A DNA stretch of 64,000 bases from Pyrinomonadales bacterium. GTDB lineage: Bacteria > Acidobacteriota > Blastocatellia > Pyrinomonadales > Pyrinomonadaceae. Where the stretch lies: assembly GCA_038210455.1 (NCBI GenBank), contig JBBQWP010000019.1, positions 40,622 through 104,621 on the forward strand, written 5' to 3'. The position numbers and the translations under genes are program-made. Positions 46,446-56,246 of the stretch are shown one piece after another (the stretch's first letter is position 1; each line of letters starts with the position of its first letter). Below the pieces are notes generated by a model. That model did no database searches. It was not told where the DNA came from and worked only from the letters and a program-made list of their open reading frames with translations.

Positions 46446-49070
46446 TCACACACCCAGCTTCTCAACCACTTCAAACACGATCGCCAACGGTTCCGATCCC
46501 ACTTCTTCGAACCAACAGACATGCTGGTCAACCAGATCGAATTTCAGGGTGTAGCGTCCAGGCCGTCGCGGCGCAGCATGTTCGATCTTCAACGAGACAG
46601 TTTCGCCGGGGGCGACCGCGCGGGGCAGCGGAGGCTCGCCGTGAAACTCGCTGATCAGCGTGCCCGCTTCATCGATGATGCGCACCCCGGGCATCACTGT
46701 GCCCGGGCGGGTTTCACTACCGGCAAGCCAAAGCGTATCGCCCGTGTTTTCGATTTCGAGCTCAATGTCCAATGCCTCTCCGGGTGCTAGCCGTTCCACT
46801 CCGCGCTCAATCAATGCGATCCGGGCACGCAACAATCCGGGGTGCCGGCTATCTGGCACCGTCGAGGCGGCCGCGCCATCGACGACCTTCTTGCAAGCCA
46901 GATAATGATAATTCCGCGGCACGTTCTTTAGCGGCAGCAGATCATCCGCGATAGTTTCCCGGTCAAACAATCCGTTCACGCTGGCGTAATCTCCGATCAC
47001 GGCGAGGCCGTGCTCATCGAGGAGTTGCCGCAGATGCCCATAATCGAACGGTGATTCAAGCGTGCCGTATTCCGTCATCACGCCGAACAGTTCCGCTTCG
47101 GTGGCGGAGCCGGCGGGCGGGCGCTCGCCTTCAAGGATAAACAGCACGCCGCCGACCGGAAGCATAGCGGCGAGGTGACGCATCACCGCAGTTTCGTCCT
47201 CGAAGTGATGGAGCGAGTCATAGCAGAGAACTGCATCAAACTTTTCTGCCAGCGGCGAGCCCTCGATGTCGTGTACCTCGAAAGAGCAGCGCAGCTCGGT
47301 CTCGTGATCGACATCAAAAGGGACGCGGGCCACGCGATCGCGCGACATCTCGATCAGATCCGGGCTGATGTCGATCCCCTTCACGACGTAACCGAGACGC
47401 GCGAAATACTCGCTCATCCATCCCGACCCGCAACCCACATCCAAAATCCGGCTGCCCGCCGGCAAACCGAGCGTGACCGCGATGTTGGCAAAGTCGCAAA
47501 AGTGTCGGTGCGTTTCGGCGTCCATGCCGTCGCCCTGATGCTTGTCCGGCTTGTTCGCGAGATTGTAGAACGGCTTGGTCCTTAAGTAATGACTGCGCTC
47601 TGCATCGAGCCGCCCCGGGTATTCAACTGCCGCCCGCTTGTAATCAACGCCCTCAGGTTTCGCCATCCGCCCGACGCTGAACTGAGGCTGTCGAGATGCC
47701 TTGCCGTTAGTCGACGTGCTCTCGGATTTTCCGTTGCCGCTGAATGAAGAGTCACCTTCGCGGCGAGTGAGGTCCGCGGGGATCAGATTCGCAACCTCTT
47801 CCGCCACGCCGCGCATGACCAACTCGTCGGCAGACTTAATCCCGAGCACCGAAAGCTCCTGCGAAACGCCGGCGATGAGCTTACGCCGCGGCCGCTGATC
47901 GATCACTGTGCCGATGAAGTTCAGATAGTCGGCGGCCCGACCGGCTACGTCATATTCGTCAAGCGCATAACGCCGAGCGTTCGCGCCGATAGTGGCCCGC
48001 AGCGGTTCATCTTCAATCAGTCGCTCGAGGTAAGCGAGCAGCAACTTATCAGCCTGAGCGTCGAGCGGAATTTTGACGACCGCATCATTCGGCAGTTCGG
48101 CATACCAACCCGCCTCAGCAACGACGCTGCATACTCCCGCGGCCATCAGCCGGCAGAGACTCGCGCTGGTCTCTCCGACAGTTCGTTCGCGTATGTTCAG
48201 AGCAATGTCGGTTTCATCAATCCGCCGCTTGAACTCTGGCAGAGTTACATGGCCGGTGATCTCGACCCAGTCCTCCATGCCGTAGCGACGAATAAGATTG
48301 CGCACATCGAAGTAATGGTTTGTTTCACCAACCAGTGAGTAGCGAAAGCGACCGGTCTGTTTGAGCGCGGCCAGCGCGCGCATGCTCTGCTCGATCCCTT
48401 TGCCGGGGGTGATTAGACCGAAGCTGGCGATCTTCACTACTTCAGAGGAGCGGGCAGGTCGCGGTCCACTATCGGAGAACTCTACCGGCATGGCGATGCG
48501 CGCCACCGGAACGGTCGGAGCAATCACGCCAAAACGCGCGCGGCTCCACTCTGAATGAACGATGATGCCTTCCGCCGAGTTCGCGATTCGGCAGTTCAAG
48601 GGAAAATCAATCGGCCGGGCCAGCATCGATGGCAGCGCGCCTCTCGTCAAAGTTTCCTCCGCCTCTGCTCGGGCGGCCCGGCCGTGGCAGAGCTCAATTT
48701 CCTCGAGATAGAGCCGCAGGTCGTCGCGTTCGCGCGCGAGCCCGAGGAAAAATTCCTGAAGCGCAAAGTCATGGAAGACGACAATACCTGGGCGATGTTG
48801 CATGGCTTCCAGGATGCCGGCGTGGTAACGGTGGTCGTTTCCGATGTGGTAAACGACCGCATCGAACCGTTCGAGCTGGCGCAGGGTTGAGCGTTGCCGG
48901 CGATAATCGCAGACCTCGAAACGCGAGGTCAGGTCGCGGTTCAAAGGGTGAAAGCCGTCAACGAAGAGCGTGATCTCTGCCGCCTCACCCAGATGTGGCA
49001 GCAGTTCTTCGCTGTAATCGCTGATCCCTGAACGCTGCGGACCGAGCGGGCTGAAGTAAGCGAGTTTCAT
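46446..49070 (-). CDS. Tri-domain fusion: GT4 glycosyltransferase + class I SAM methyltransferase + C-terminal beta-sandwich module
   Basis: The N-terminal ~400 aa are GT4-like (MKLAYFSPLGPQRSGISDYSEELL...). The middle domain has ILDVGCGSGWMSEYFARLGYVVKGIDIS. The last 116 aa (46449-46796) are module copy 2. Confidence 0.8.
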   Translation of the reverse strand: MKLAYFSPLGPQRSGISDYSEELLPHLGEAAEITLFVDGFHPLNRDLTSRFEVCDYRRQRSTLRQLERFDAVVYHIGNDHRYHAGILEAMQHRPGIVVFHDFALQEFFLGLARERDDLRLYLEEIELCHGRAARAEAEETLTRGALPSMLARPIDFPLNCRIANSAEGIIVHSEWSRARFGVIAPTVPVARIAMPVEFSDSGPRPARSSEVVKIASFGLITPGKGIEQSMRALAALKQTGRFRYSLVGETNHYFDVRNLIRRYGMEDWVEITGHVTLPEFKRRIDETDIALNIRERTVGETSASLCRLMAAGVCSVVAEAGWYAELPNDAVVKIPLDAQADKLLLAYLERLIEDEPLRATIGANARRYALDEYDVAGRAADYLNFIGTVIDQRPRRKLIAGVSQELSVLGIKSADELVMRGVAEEVANLIPADLTRREGDSSFSGNGKSESTSTNGKASRQPQFSVGRMAKPEGVDYKRAAVEYPGRLDAERSHYLRTKPFYNLANKPDKHQGDGMDAETHRHFCDFANIAVTLGLPAGSRILDVGCGSGWMSEYFARLGYVVKGIDISPDLIEMSRDRVARVPFDVDHETELRCSFEVHDIEGSPLAEKFDAVLCYDSLHHFEDETAVMRHLAAMLPVGGVLFILEGERPPAGSATEAELFGVMTEYGTLESPFDYGHLRQLLDEHGLAVIGDYASVNGLFDRETIADDLLPLKNVPRNYHYLACKKVVDGAAASTVPDSRHPGLLRARIALIERGVERLAPGEALDIELEIENTGDTLWLAGSETRPGTVMPGVRIIDEAGTLISEFHGEPPLPRAVAPGETVSLKIEHAAPRRPGRYTLKFDLVDQHVCWFEEVGSEPLAIVFEVVEKLGV

Positions 49071-49175
49071 ATCAAAAGGTGGCAGTCAGAGACCTGTCGC
49101 AAAAGCAAATCATCGGTGCCAGAACAGACTAATCTCTGACTGCTGAGGCCCGGCTTCTGATCTCTGATCTCGCTC

Positions 49176-49718
49176 TTATTTCACTACCGTGATCTTTGCC
49201 TTCGTGGTGGGCGAACCTTTTTCGCCGAACCACGCAACGCCTTCCTGCACCATATCCAAACTGAGAATGTATTCGCCGGGTTTCTTTGGGGCAGTGATTT
49301 GAAGAGTCGTTTCAGTTTCTTCGCCCGGGTTGAGGTCTTTGGTCATGCCGTTGTGCCCTTCCGCTTCTGACGTAGGCTTTCCGTCTTTATCGAGCCAGCG
49401 ACTGCCGACGGCTATGTAGAACTTGTTATCCGGCCGATTGTTTGTCTCGCCACCGAGCCGCCGCCAAATAACGTCGCTCGTGTTTTTGACTTTTAGGGTT
49501 ATGACCTCTTTCTGTCCGGCGCGCAGCTTTGAGGGTGGATCGGGCACAGTGATCTGCGCCTTGAAACCGCGTTCGACCAGCGGGCCCGCTGCGTTTGAAA
49601 TCGCGGTGGCCCTCTCAGCCGGCGAGGCGGTGTTGGCCGTCTGCTTCGGACTGCAACCCATTGCTAATGTCACAAATCCGATAACACTCGCAAGCAAAAC
49701 AAATCTCAACTTCATCAT
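49176..49718 (-). CDS. Lipoprotein consisting essentially of one copy of the beta-sandwich module
   Basis: Signal peptide with lipobox LAMGC and a short linker. Bases 49179-49538 encode module copy 3 (KNTSDVIW...GSRWL...DLNPGEE...APKKPGEYILSLDMVQEGVAWFGEKGS). Confidence 0.75.
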   Translation of the reverse strand: MMKLRFVLLASVIGFVTLAMGCSPKQTANTASPAERATAISNAAGPLVERGFKAQITVPDPPSKLRAGQKEVITLKVKNTSDVIWRRLGGETNNRPDNKFYIAVGSRWLDKDGKPTSEAEGHNGMTKDLNPGEETETTLQITAPKKPGEYILSLDMVQEGVAWFGEKGSPTTKAKITVVK

Positions 49719-49817
49719 CAGTGATTCCTCCCTATTCTTCTATCGGTAGCCAGACCTTAGTCTGTGATTAATTTTCAGAGCGAGCTCGCATCTCAAATTG
49801 AAGTCCCGGCCCCATAA

Positions 49818-52088
49818 TCACGGCTGCACGAGCACGCGAAGTTGCAATGGGTGGGCGCCTCTTTCCTTAAACCAGGTCACTCCCTCGTGCACCATGTCAA
49901 TCTCGAGAAGGTACTCGCCAGGTATTCGCGGCGCGTTTACGGTTAACGTTATCTCGACCTCGCCAGCCGGCGGTAAATCTGCTTTCATAGCGGCGCGATT
50001 ATCCTCTGCAGTCACGCCGCCGAGAAACCAGCGATTACCCAGGTTAACCTGGTACCTGAAGTCCTTGGTGCCGACAGCCGGCCAGGTTTCATCACCGAGA
50101 TTCTTGACCTTGAATCGAAGATCCGCCTTTTCGCCGGGATGCATCACCGACGGCGGATCAAGCGCTACGATTTGTTCGCGATAGACTGTAGCCGCGAAAG
50201 CTCCCTTCATCCAGGCCGACTCAAACTGGCTGCGGGCCTCTGCTGCCTGCGGGATCCGAATCTCAATGAGCATCATACCGATCCGGTCGCGTGGTGAAAA
50301 GAAGGGAAGATCCACGGGCGTTATGGTCCCGACTTCCAGCCCTCTTAGCGCGATCGCCTGCTTTGCGGCAGTTAGGTCATTCTTGAGGCAAAGCGAAAAC
50401 ATCTGACTTCCGGGCGAACTTTCGACGGCGCTAATAAACTTTCGCAATGCGTCGCGGGTGGAAAAATATTCCGGCTGGCGCACGGCGATGATCGGCGCGC
50501 GAGGGTTTAGCAACACCTCAAAACCCGTGGACTTGGGACCAGTCTCACACCACACCTGGACGCCGTCAAAAAGCGGGCGCTCTTCGTCACTCAGAAAGTT
50601 TCTAAGGGATCGGTCGCGTAATATGAGGCGCGCCTCTTGCATGTAAATGTCGGGCGCATCGATCACGGAACTGCGCGCACCCCACTCTTTCTGCCGCACA
50701 TAAAAGCAGGCAAAAAGCGCTTGCATCACCAGCGCGAGGCAGAGGATCAAGGCTGTTCCAGTCCGCCACGAAATCGTCGACCATGACCCGCTCCCGATCA
50801 CCGCCACGACGGCGAAAACCGTTACGCCCGCCAGCAGATCCTGATAAAGGCCATAGCGGCTGTAGCCCAGCGCAGTCACGCTCCAAAGCAGCGAACTCGA
50901 GATCAGAATGAGGCATAAAGTGCGCGCGCGCGGGTTGCGCCAAACGAGCACCAGCCCGGCTATCGCGACCACGAAGCCGAGCGACAGGCGGCCTGAATAA
51001 ACACCTAACTCTGAGAGGCGCTCCGGCTTAAACCAGATCAGCACGGGCCAAACCATCGTCTCCCAAAAACCGTGCGGTCCCCAGCGATTGTCCCAGCCAC
51101 CGTTCGTCGGCCAGTACGGCGACTTGAAGAGAACATTCGCGACCGGAAAGGTCGGATTGCCTGTCAGGCGGAAGATGTAGATCGTGAACGGCAGAAGTGG
51201 CGCCAGAAAGCCGGCGAGCATCAGCGATCCGGTCGTCATCATTTGCTTTGGCGTGAACCGGCATGAACCCACAGCCACCCTGTACGCGCAGACCGCAAGA
51301 ATGGGCAGCGCAACCGCGAGGTTTGTGAACTTGAACGCCGCTGCGGCTCCGAGCAGCAACGCTACGTGTACAAAATTTGCATGCCGGTTCTCGGCTTCGT
51401 CAGCGCGCAACGTAAGCAGTGTGGCCTGGAGCAAGAGCGGCAGCGTAAGCAGATCAACCATGTAGGTGCTGATCTCGAAGAGTAGATTCTCGGACAGTAC
51501 GATCAGAAGCAAGCACGCTGAACGCACCCAGGCGCGATCGAGGAATGGTCGCAGGAGCTTGTCGGTGATTTGCCCCGCCCAGACCAACGCCAGGAGGTTG
51601 ATGACAGTGCCGAGCCTGTATCCCAGAAGCAACCTGCTAATGCCGGTCAGCGTGTCAGCAGCCGGATTGAACGGTGTCGACGTAGGAAAGAAGTCGCCAG
51701 GTTCAAAGAGAGTGCCGCGCAGGGTACGCTCGGCGTGGAGCAAGTGATAGCTGAGCACGTCGAACGATCGATCCGGAAACGCGGCGCGCAGCAGATAAGC
51801 CAAAAGCAAAGGCAGCCCAACCAGCAGCCAGAAACTACGGCCAAACTTTTCCGCGCGAAATTGTTTTGTCCAAATGTAGAGGTACCAGAAAGCGATGGCG
51901 GGCGGCACGCCGAGGGCCCAGGCGAGAACATTATTGTTGACAACCCAGAGGTACTGGCGGACGAAGACGAGGGCGTAGAGAAAGAGGAGCACGTCGCCGA
52001 ATTCGACGGACGTGCGTAACCCTGCGGAGGGCTTCGTATTTTCCAAGCCTTGCTGTTCCGCCGGCGCTGTCATCGCGGTATTCAGCAC
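49818..52088 (-). CDS. Polytopic membrane protein (GT-C-like or polymerase-like, unassigned) with C-terminal beta-sandwich module
   Basis: 756 aa. About 14 hydrophobic helices, then a soluble region. The last 112 aa (49821-50156) are module copy 4. The start overlaps the stop of the upstream GT2 gene by 7 nt. Confidence 0.7.
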   Translation of the reverse strand: MLNTAMTAPAEQQGLENTKPSAGLRTSVEFGDVLLFLYALVFVRQYLWVVNNNVLAWALGVPPAIAFWYLYIWTKQFRAEKFGRSFWLLVGLPLLLAYLLRAAFPDRSFDVLSYHLLHAERTLRGTLFEPGDFFPTSTPFNPAADTLTGISRLLLGYRLGTVINLLALVWAGQITDKLLRPFLDRAWVRSACLLLIVLSENLLFEISTYMVDLLTLPLLLQATLLTLRADEAENRHANFVHVALLLGAAAAFKFTNLAVALPILAVCAYRVAVGSCRFTPKQMMTTGSLMLAGFLAPLLPFTIYIFRLTGNPTFPVANVLFKSPYWPTNGGWDNRWGPHGFWETMVWPVLIWFKPERLSELGVYSGRLSLGFVVAIAGLVLVWRNPRARTLCLILISSSLLWSVTALGYSRYGLYQDLLAGVTVFAVVAVIGSGSWSTISWRTGTALILCLALVMQALFACFYVRQKEWGARSSVIDAPDIYMQEARLILRDRSLRNFLSDEERPLFDGVQVWCETGPKSTGFEVLLNPRAPIIAVRQPEYFSTRDALRKFISAVESSPGSQMFSLCLKNDLTAAKQAIALRGLEVGTITPVDLPFFSPRDRIGMMLIEIRIPQAAEARSQFESAWMKGAFAATVYREQIVALDPPSVMHPGEKADLRFKVKNLGDETWPAVGTKDFRYQVNLGNRWFLGGVTAEDNRAAMKADLPPAGEVEITLTVNAPRIPGEYLLEIDMVHEGVTWFKERGAHPLQLRVLVQP

Positions 52089-53101
52089 CGATCCTCGTGC
52101 GGCGCCGCGGCGGTCTGTTCATGATTCGCGGCCTCATCGCCAACGCGCACACCCAGGCCGGTGCGCATTTCGTCAGTTAGCACCTGCAACTGATATTCAA
52201 ACTCTTGTGAGCGGCGCGCAATTGAATGCAGTACGAGCCCGACGGTGAGCGAGAGCAGCCCGCACAACATCAGGCCCACCGCCAGCACGGCCAGCGGCAG
52301 ACGAGCAGCGATGCCTCGATGAATCGAGTCGATGATCGAAAAGAGACCGGGAACCAGCGCCATTACAAGCAGCGCGATCCCGACGCTGCCAAAGAAGGTC
52401 AAAGGCTTATAATCACGAAAGAGGGCCAGAATCGTGTTGAGAATAAGCGCGCCGTCACGAACAAACTTGATCTTCGAATGGCTGCCCGCGGGCCTGGACG
52501 TCAACGTCGTGGGAACTTCCACAATGCGCATGCCGCGCGCAACAGCCTTGATCGTAAGTTCAGTTTCAATCTCGAATCCGCCGCCGAATAAGGGCAGTCC
52601 CTTAACAAACCTCCGGTTGAAGGCTCGATAGCCCGAAAGAATATCAGTCAGCCTGACTTTGAAGATCGAGTTTAGTAGCGCGAGTACGAGACGGTTGGCC
52701 CAGCGGTTCAGTTGGCGAAATTCACTTTGGGTGGCCACGTGCAGGCGCGAACCAACTACCATGTCGGCCTCGTCCGCAATGACCGGCGCTAACAGGCGAT
52801 GAACCTCAGCGGCCGGATAAGTGCCGTCGCCATCAACCATGATGTAGACGTCGGCTTCCACGCGGCGGAACATCGACTGCACCACGTAGCCTTTCCCCTG
52901 TCGCGGTTCGCGCAGGACGGTTGCGCCCGCTGCCAGCGCGCCGGCCACTGTGCCATCCGTCGAGTTGTTGTCGAAAACGTAAATGTGCGCCGCGGGCAAC
53001 TCGGCGCGAAAGGCCTGGACCACTTCACCAACTGTCGGCGCCTCGTTGTAGCAGGGGATTAAGACAGCGACCCTCGGCGATGTGTCTGCGGTTGATTCCA
53101 T
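52082..53101 (-). CDS. GT2 polyprenyl-phosphate glycosyltransferase (GtrB/ArnC/DPM1-like)
   Basis: VAVLIPCYNEAPTVGEVV, a DGDGTYP-type motif (VDGDGTY), and two C-terminal TM helices as in GtrB/ArnC. Confidence 0.85.
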   Translation of the reverse strand: MESTADTSPRVAVLIPCYNEAPTVGEVVQAFRAELPAAHIYVFDNNSTDGTVAGALAAGATVLREPRQGKGYVVQSMFRRVEADVYIMVDGDGTYPAAEVHRLLAPVIADEADMVVGSRLHVATQSEFRQLNRWANRLVLALLNSIFKVRLTDILSGYRAFNRRFVKGLPLFGGGFEIETELTIKAVARGMRIVEVPTTLTSRPAGSHSKIKFVRDGALILNTILALFRDYKPLTFFGSVGIALLVMALVPGLFSIIDSIHRGIAARLPLAVLAVGLMLCGLLSLTVGLVLHSIARRSQEFEYQLQVLTDEMRTGLGVRVGDEAANHEQTAAAPHEDRC

Positions 53102-53423
53102 CTGAGTGATCGGCAGCGGCTTAGTTTAAATTTCTGTGCGCCCCGCGTGCTCGGCGTTTCTGCGGTGAATGCTCTTACGGCATTCTATTCACCGGAGAGA
53201 CGCCGCGGCATCACGCAGGGAAAAGCTTAATTTAAGGCACCGCCGATAAGTTAAGTTCTTGACATCCGCTTGTTCAGACCAACACAATGCCCGACTCAAA
53301 GTAGTGGGGGCAGCGACGCGCTATGTCGAGCTGTTTTCGGTCCGTTGTGCGATTAGCACCGCCGATCCGTAGCGAAACCGGGCTCCTGAAAAAGAGCCTA
53401 ACGCTAACACTGCGCGCACCAAA

Positions 53424-56093
53424 ATGACAACTTCGGTCACAAACTCACCCAACACTTCGATAGGCCGCGAAACTCGAGGCGGCGGTGAAACCAGTGCGAT
53501 CCCGGCCCTGGTTAGACGACTTGGCCGGTTGAGTCTGGTGCGCGAGCTTTCGGTCATCTTTGTCTTCACTCTGTTTACGACTTTGCTGACCTGGCCCTAC
53601 GTAACCCGCATAAAGGACGTGGTCGTCGACACGGGCGATCCATATCTTATGACGTGGATTCTTTGGTGGGACTATCACCAGACATTCACCGACCCGCTGC
53701 ACCTCTTCAATGCAAACGTCTTTTATCCACTGAAATATACGCTGGCCCTCAGCGAGCACAGCTATGGATTGGCTTTGCTTCTCTTTCCGCTCTATGCGCT
53801 TGGCCTGAAGCCGCTCACGGTTCACGCCGTGGCTTTGCTGTTCGCTTTTCCGCTCACTGGCTACGCTGCTTTTCGCCTGGGCCGAACGCTCACCGGCTCG
53901 ACGGCGGTCGGATGGGTGACTGGGATTATCTTCGCGTTTGTTCCGGCCCGCTTTAATCTCATGTCCCAGGTGATCTATGTGTTCTCGCCATGGATACCGT
54001 TGTTGTTTGAAGCGCTGGTGCTATTTGTGCGCGAGCGGAGCCGGAGGCACGCGGTGTGGCTGGGCTGCGCTTTCTTTATGAGCGGTCTGACGACGATCTC
54101 CTGGTTCAGCTTTTCGCTGTTACCGTTTGTGCTGGTGGCGGCCATTTTGTTAACGCGCTACGGCCTTTGGCGCGAGCGCGCGTTCTGGCGGCGCGGCGCC
54201 GTTGCGCTCGGCGCGGCGACGCTGTTGTTACTTCCATTTTTTCTGCCGTACTTTGCCGTGGCGCGTCTGTATGGATTTAAGCGGAGCATCGAGGAGATCA
54301 AAGCCAATTCCGCCTGGCCAATACACTGGTTGTCAGTTGAGCCGCGCAACAAACTCTGGAGCCGGATGGGCGAACCCATTACCGATGGCTGGAGATTCAA
54401 ACTCTTCCCGGGTCTGCTGCCGATTGGCTTTTCGTTGACGGCGATGTTGATGCCGCGCGCTGCCCGAAAGCTGACGCTGATTCCCGATGCACAGGCGTCT
54501 CAGAAGCGATGGCTTCGTCTGCTCGACGCTTTGATCCTTTTTTCGTTTGCGCTTTCAATCCCGGCCATTGGTTTGGATCGGTCGGACGCGCTTTGGGGAG
54601 TGTTCAGTTACGCCACGTCAGAGCTGGTGCTCGGCCTGCTGATGTTGGTGGTTGTCGCGCGGCTGTGTGTCGCGTATCCGCAGTTCATGCTTACGGCCCA
54701 CGCGAACCTGATCGAGACTCTTCGTTCCCAGCGGCGCAGCGACGCCTTTTGGCTCGGACTACTTTTGACCGTCATCGGGTTCTGTTATTCGCTGGGTTGG
54801 AACTTTTTCTTCTATCGCCTCTGTTACGACTTGCTCCCAATGTTCAAGAGTATGCGCGTTGCCACTCGAGGGGCGATGATGGCCTATCTGGGTTTGGCGC
54901 TCTTGTCAGGTCTGGGGGTGAAGCGCCTGGCCGAAGTGCTGCCGCTGCGATTTCCGCGGCTGCGAGCGAGTATGGTTACTGGAGTCGCCTGCGTCTTGTT
55001 GCTGGCTGAGTTGAACGCCGCGCCTCTGAGCATCGTGCGCGGCGAGTCGCGGCCGGACGCAGTAACGCTGAGACTGAAACAGACGCCGATGCGCGGAGGG
55101 ATCGTCGAGCTTCCTGCGGGTGGGAATCTCAACTATCGCTATATGCTGCGGGCTGCCGATCATCAGAAGCCACTGATCGTCGGCACGTCGGGATTCAACT
55201 CGCCGATCGAAGATCAGATCGAGGCATTGACACGGACTGGAGCCATTCCGGCCGAGCTGATGACCATGCTCGAAGCAATTCCAACTTCGTACCTGGTGAT
55301 TTGCAACCAATCGATCATGCCTGAGCGAACGGCCGACTATGAAGCCTTCCTGGCGCGGGCAGTTGCCGGCGGTCGCTTGCGTTTCATTAATCGTTTCGAT
55401 GGACGCGACGATCTGTACGCAGTCGTGAAGAACGAACCTGAAGCGAAGAGTGAGGCGGCGCTGCCGTTCGGTCTGACGAACCAGGACTGGGCGACGAAGA
55501 TTCACGACGATCCCGTCAGTCTTTTGAGCCAACCGCTCAACTGGAGTCAAAGACTCTACCGAATCCATCTGGCAAGTTCTGGCGCCATGCCGCGTCAGAA
55601 AGAGTTCATGAGCGACCTGGAAAAGATCGGACAGGGAATCATCGTTGGATCTGAAGGAGAGGAGCAACAGGTCGCCGCAAATTTCCGTGAGTTTGTGGAA
55701 GGCTGGACAAAGCGCGAACAGTTCATCAAGTCTTTCAGTCAACTCGACGATACGCAATATGTAAATCGTCTGATCGAGAATGCCGGAATCAGCGTGGACG
55801 CGGCCAGCCGCGAGACGTTGGTAAGCGGATTATCGAGCGGCAGCGACACTCGCGCGAGTGTGTTGCTGAAGATTGTGGACGATCCGCGCTTAATCGAGAA
55901 AGAGAAGTATCGCTCACTGCTGTTGCTGCATTATTTTGGCTATTTACGCCGAAACCCCGACGATCCGCCCGACGGCGATCTGCGAGGATTCAATTTTTGG
56001 CTTCAGGATTTGGAGCGCCATCACGATGCGAGGGATCTCTCGAACGCGTTTAGAGTCACGGGTGAGTATGGTCAGTACGAAAAGAAACCGTGA
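53424..56093 (+). CDS. Polytopic membrane protein (GT-C-like N-terminal half) with large soluble C-terminal region ending in a DUF4214-like module
   Basis: 889 aa. The first loop is GDPYLMTWILWWDYHQ...NANVFYPLKYTLALSEH. Multiple TM helices. The C-terminus is LLLLHYFGYLRRNPDDPPDGDLRGFNFWLQDL. Confidence 0.7.
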   Translation: MTTSVTNSPNTSIGRETRGGGETSAIPALVRRLGRLSLVRELSVIFVFTLFTTLLTWPYVTRIKDVVVDTGDPYLMTWILWWDYHQTFTDPLHLFNANVFYPLKYTLALSEHSYGLALLLFPLYALGLKPLTVHAVALLFAFPLTGYAAFRLGRTLTGSTAVGWVTGIIFAFVPARFNLMSQVIYVFSPWIPLLFEALVLFVRERSRRHAVWLGCAFFMSGLTTISWFSFSLLPFVLVAAILLTRYGLWRERAFWRRGAVALGAATLLLLPFFLPYFAVARLYGFKRSIEEIKANSAWPIHWLSVEPRNKLWSRMGEPITDGWRFKLFPGLLPIGFSLTAMLMPRAARKLTLIPDAQASQKRWLRLLDALILFSFALSIPAIGLDRSDALWGVFSYATSELVLGLLMLVVVARLCVAYPQFMLTAHANLIETLRSQRRSDAFWLGLLLTVIGFCYSLGWNFFFYRLCYDLLPMFKSMRVATRGAMMAYLGLALLSGLGVKRLAEVLPLRFPRLRASMVTGVACVLLLAELNAAPLSIVRGESRPDAVTLRLKQTPMRGGIVELPAGGNLNYRYMLRAADHQKPLIVGTSGFNSPIEDQIEALTRTGAIPAELMTMLEAIPTSYLVICNQSIMPERTADYEAFLARAVAGGRLRFINRFDGRDDLYAVVKNEPEAKSEAALPFGLTNQDWATKIHDDPVSLLSQPLNWSQRLYRIHLASSGAMPRQKEFMSDLEKIGQGIIVGSEGEEQQVAANFREFVEGWTKREQFIKSFSQLDDTQYVNRLIENAGISVDAASRETLVSGLSSGSDTRASVLLKIVDDPRLIEKEKYRSLLLLHYFGYLRRNPDDPPDGDLRGFNFWLQDLERHHDARDLSNAFRVTGEYGQYEKKP

Positions 56094-56100
56094 TGGTTGT

Positions 56101-56222
56101 TACAGAACCGGGAGCGGTAGCGACCGGGTGCTACATTCAATTTACGATTTTCAGTTTTGTCAGAAAGAAACCTAGAACAAAGTTGACTCTAGCACCCGGT
56201 TTCTACCGCTCCCGGTTCTGTA
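56101..56222. repeat. Nested palindromic element, family C
   Basis: tacagaaccgggagcggtagcgaccgggtgcta ... tagcacccggtttctaccgctcccggttctgta. Confidence 0.75.
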
Positions 56223-56246
56223 TCCAACGCATCTTTCGCTAACCCA

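Noticed and set aside
53250-53290. TTGACA hexamer at about 53258 as a sigma-70 -35 box for the 53424 gene
   Set aside because: The best -10 candidate 17 nt downstream (ACACAA) is poor, and promoter consensus for this lineage is uncertain. This is not enough evidence to annotate a promoter.
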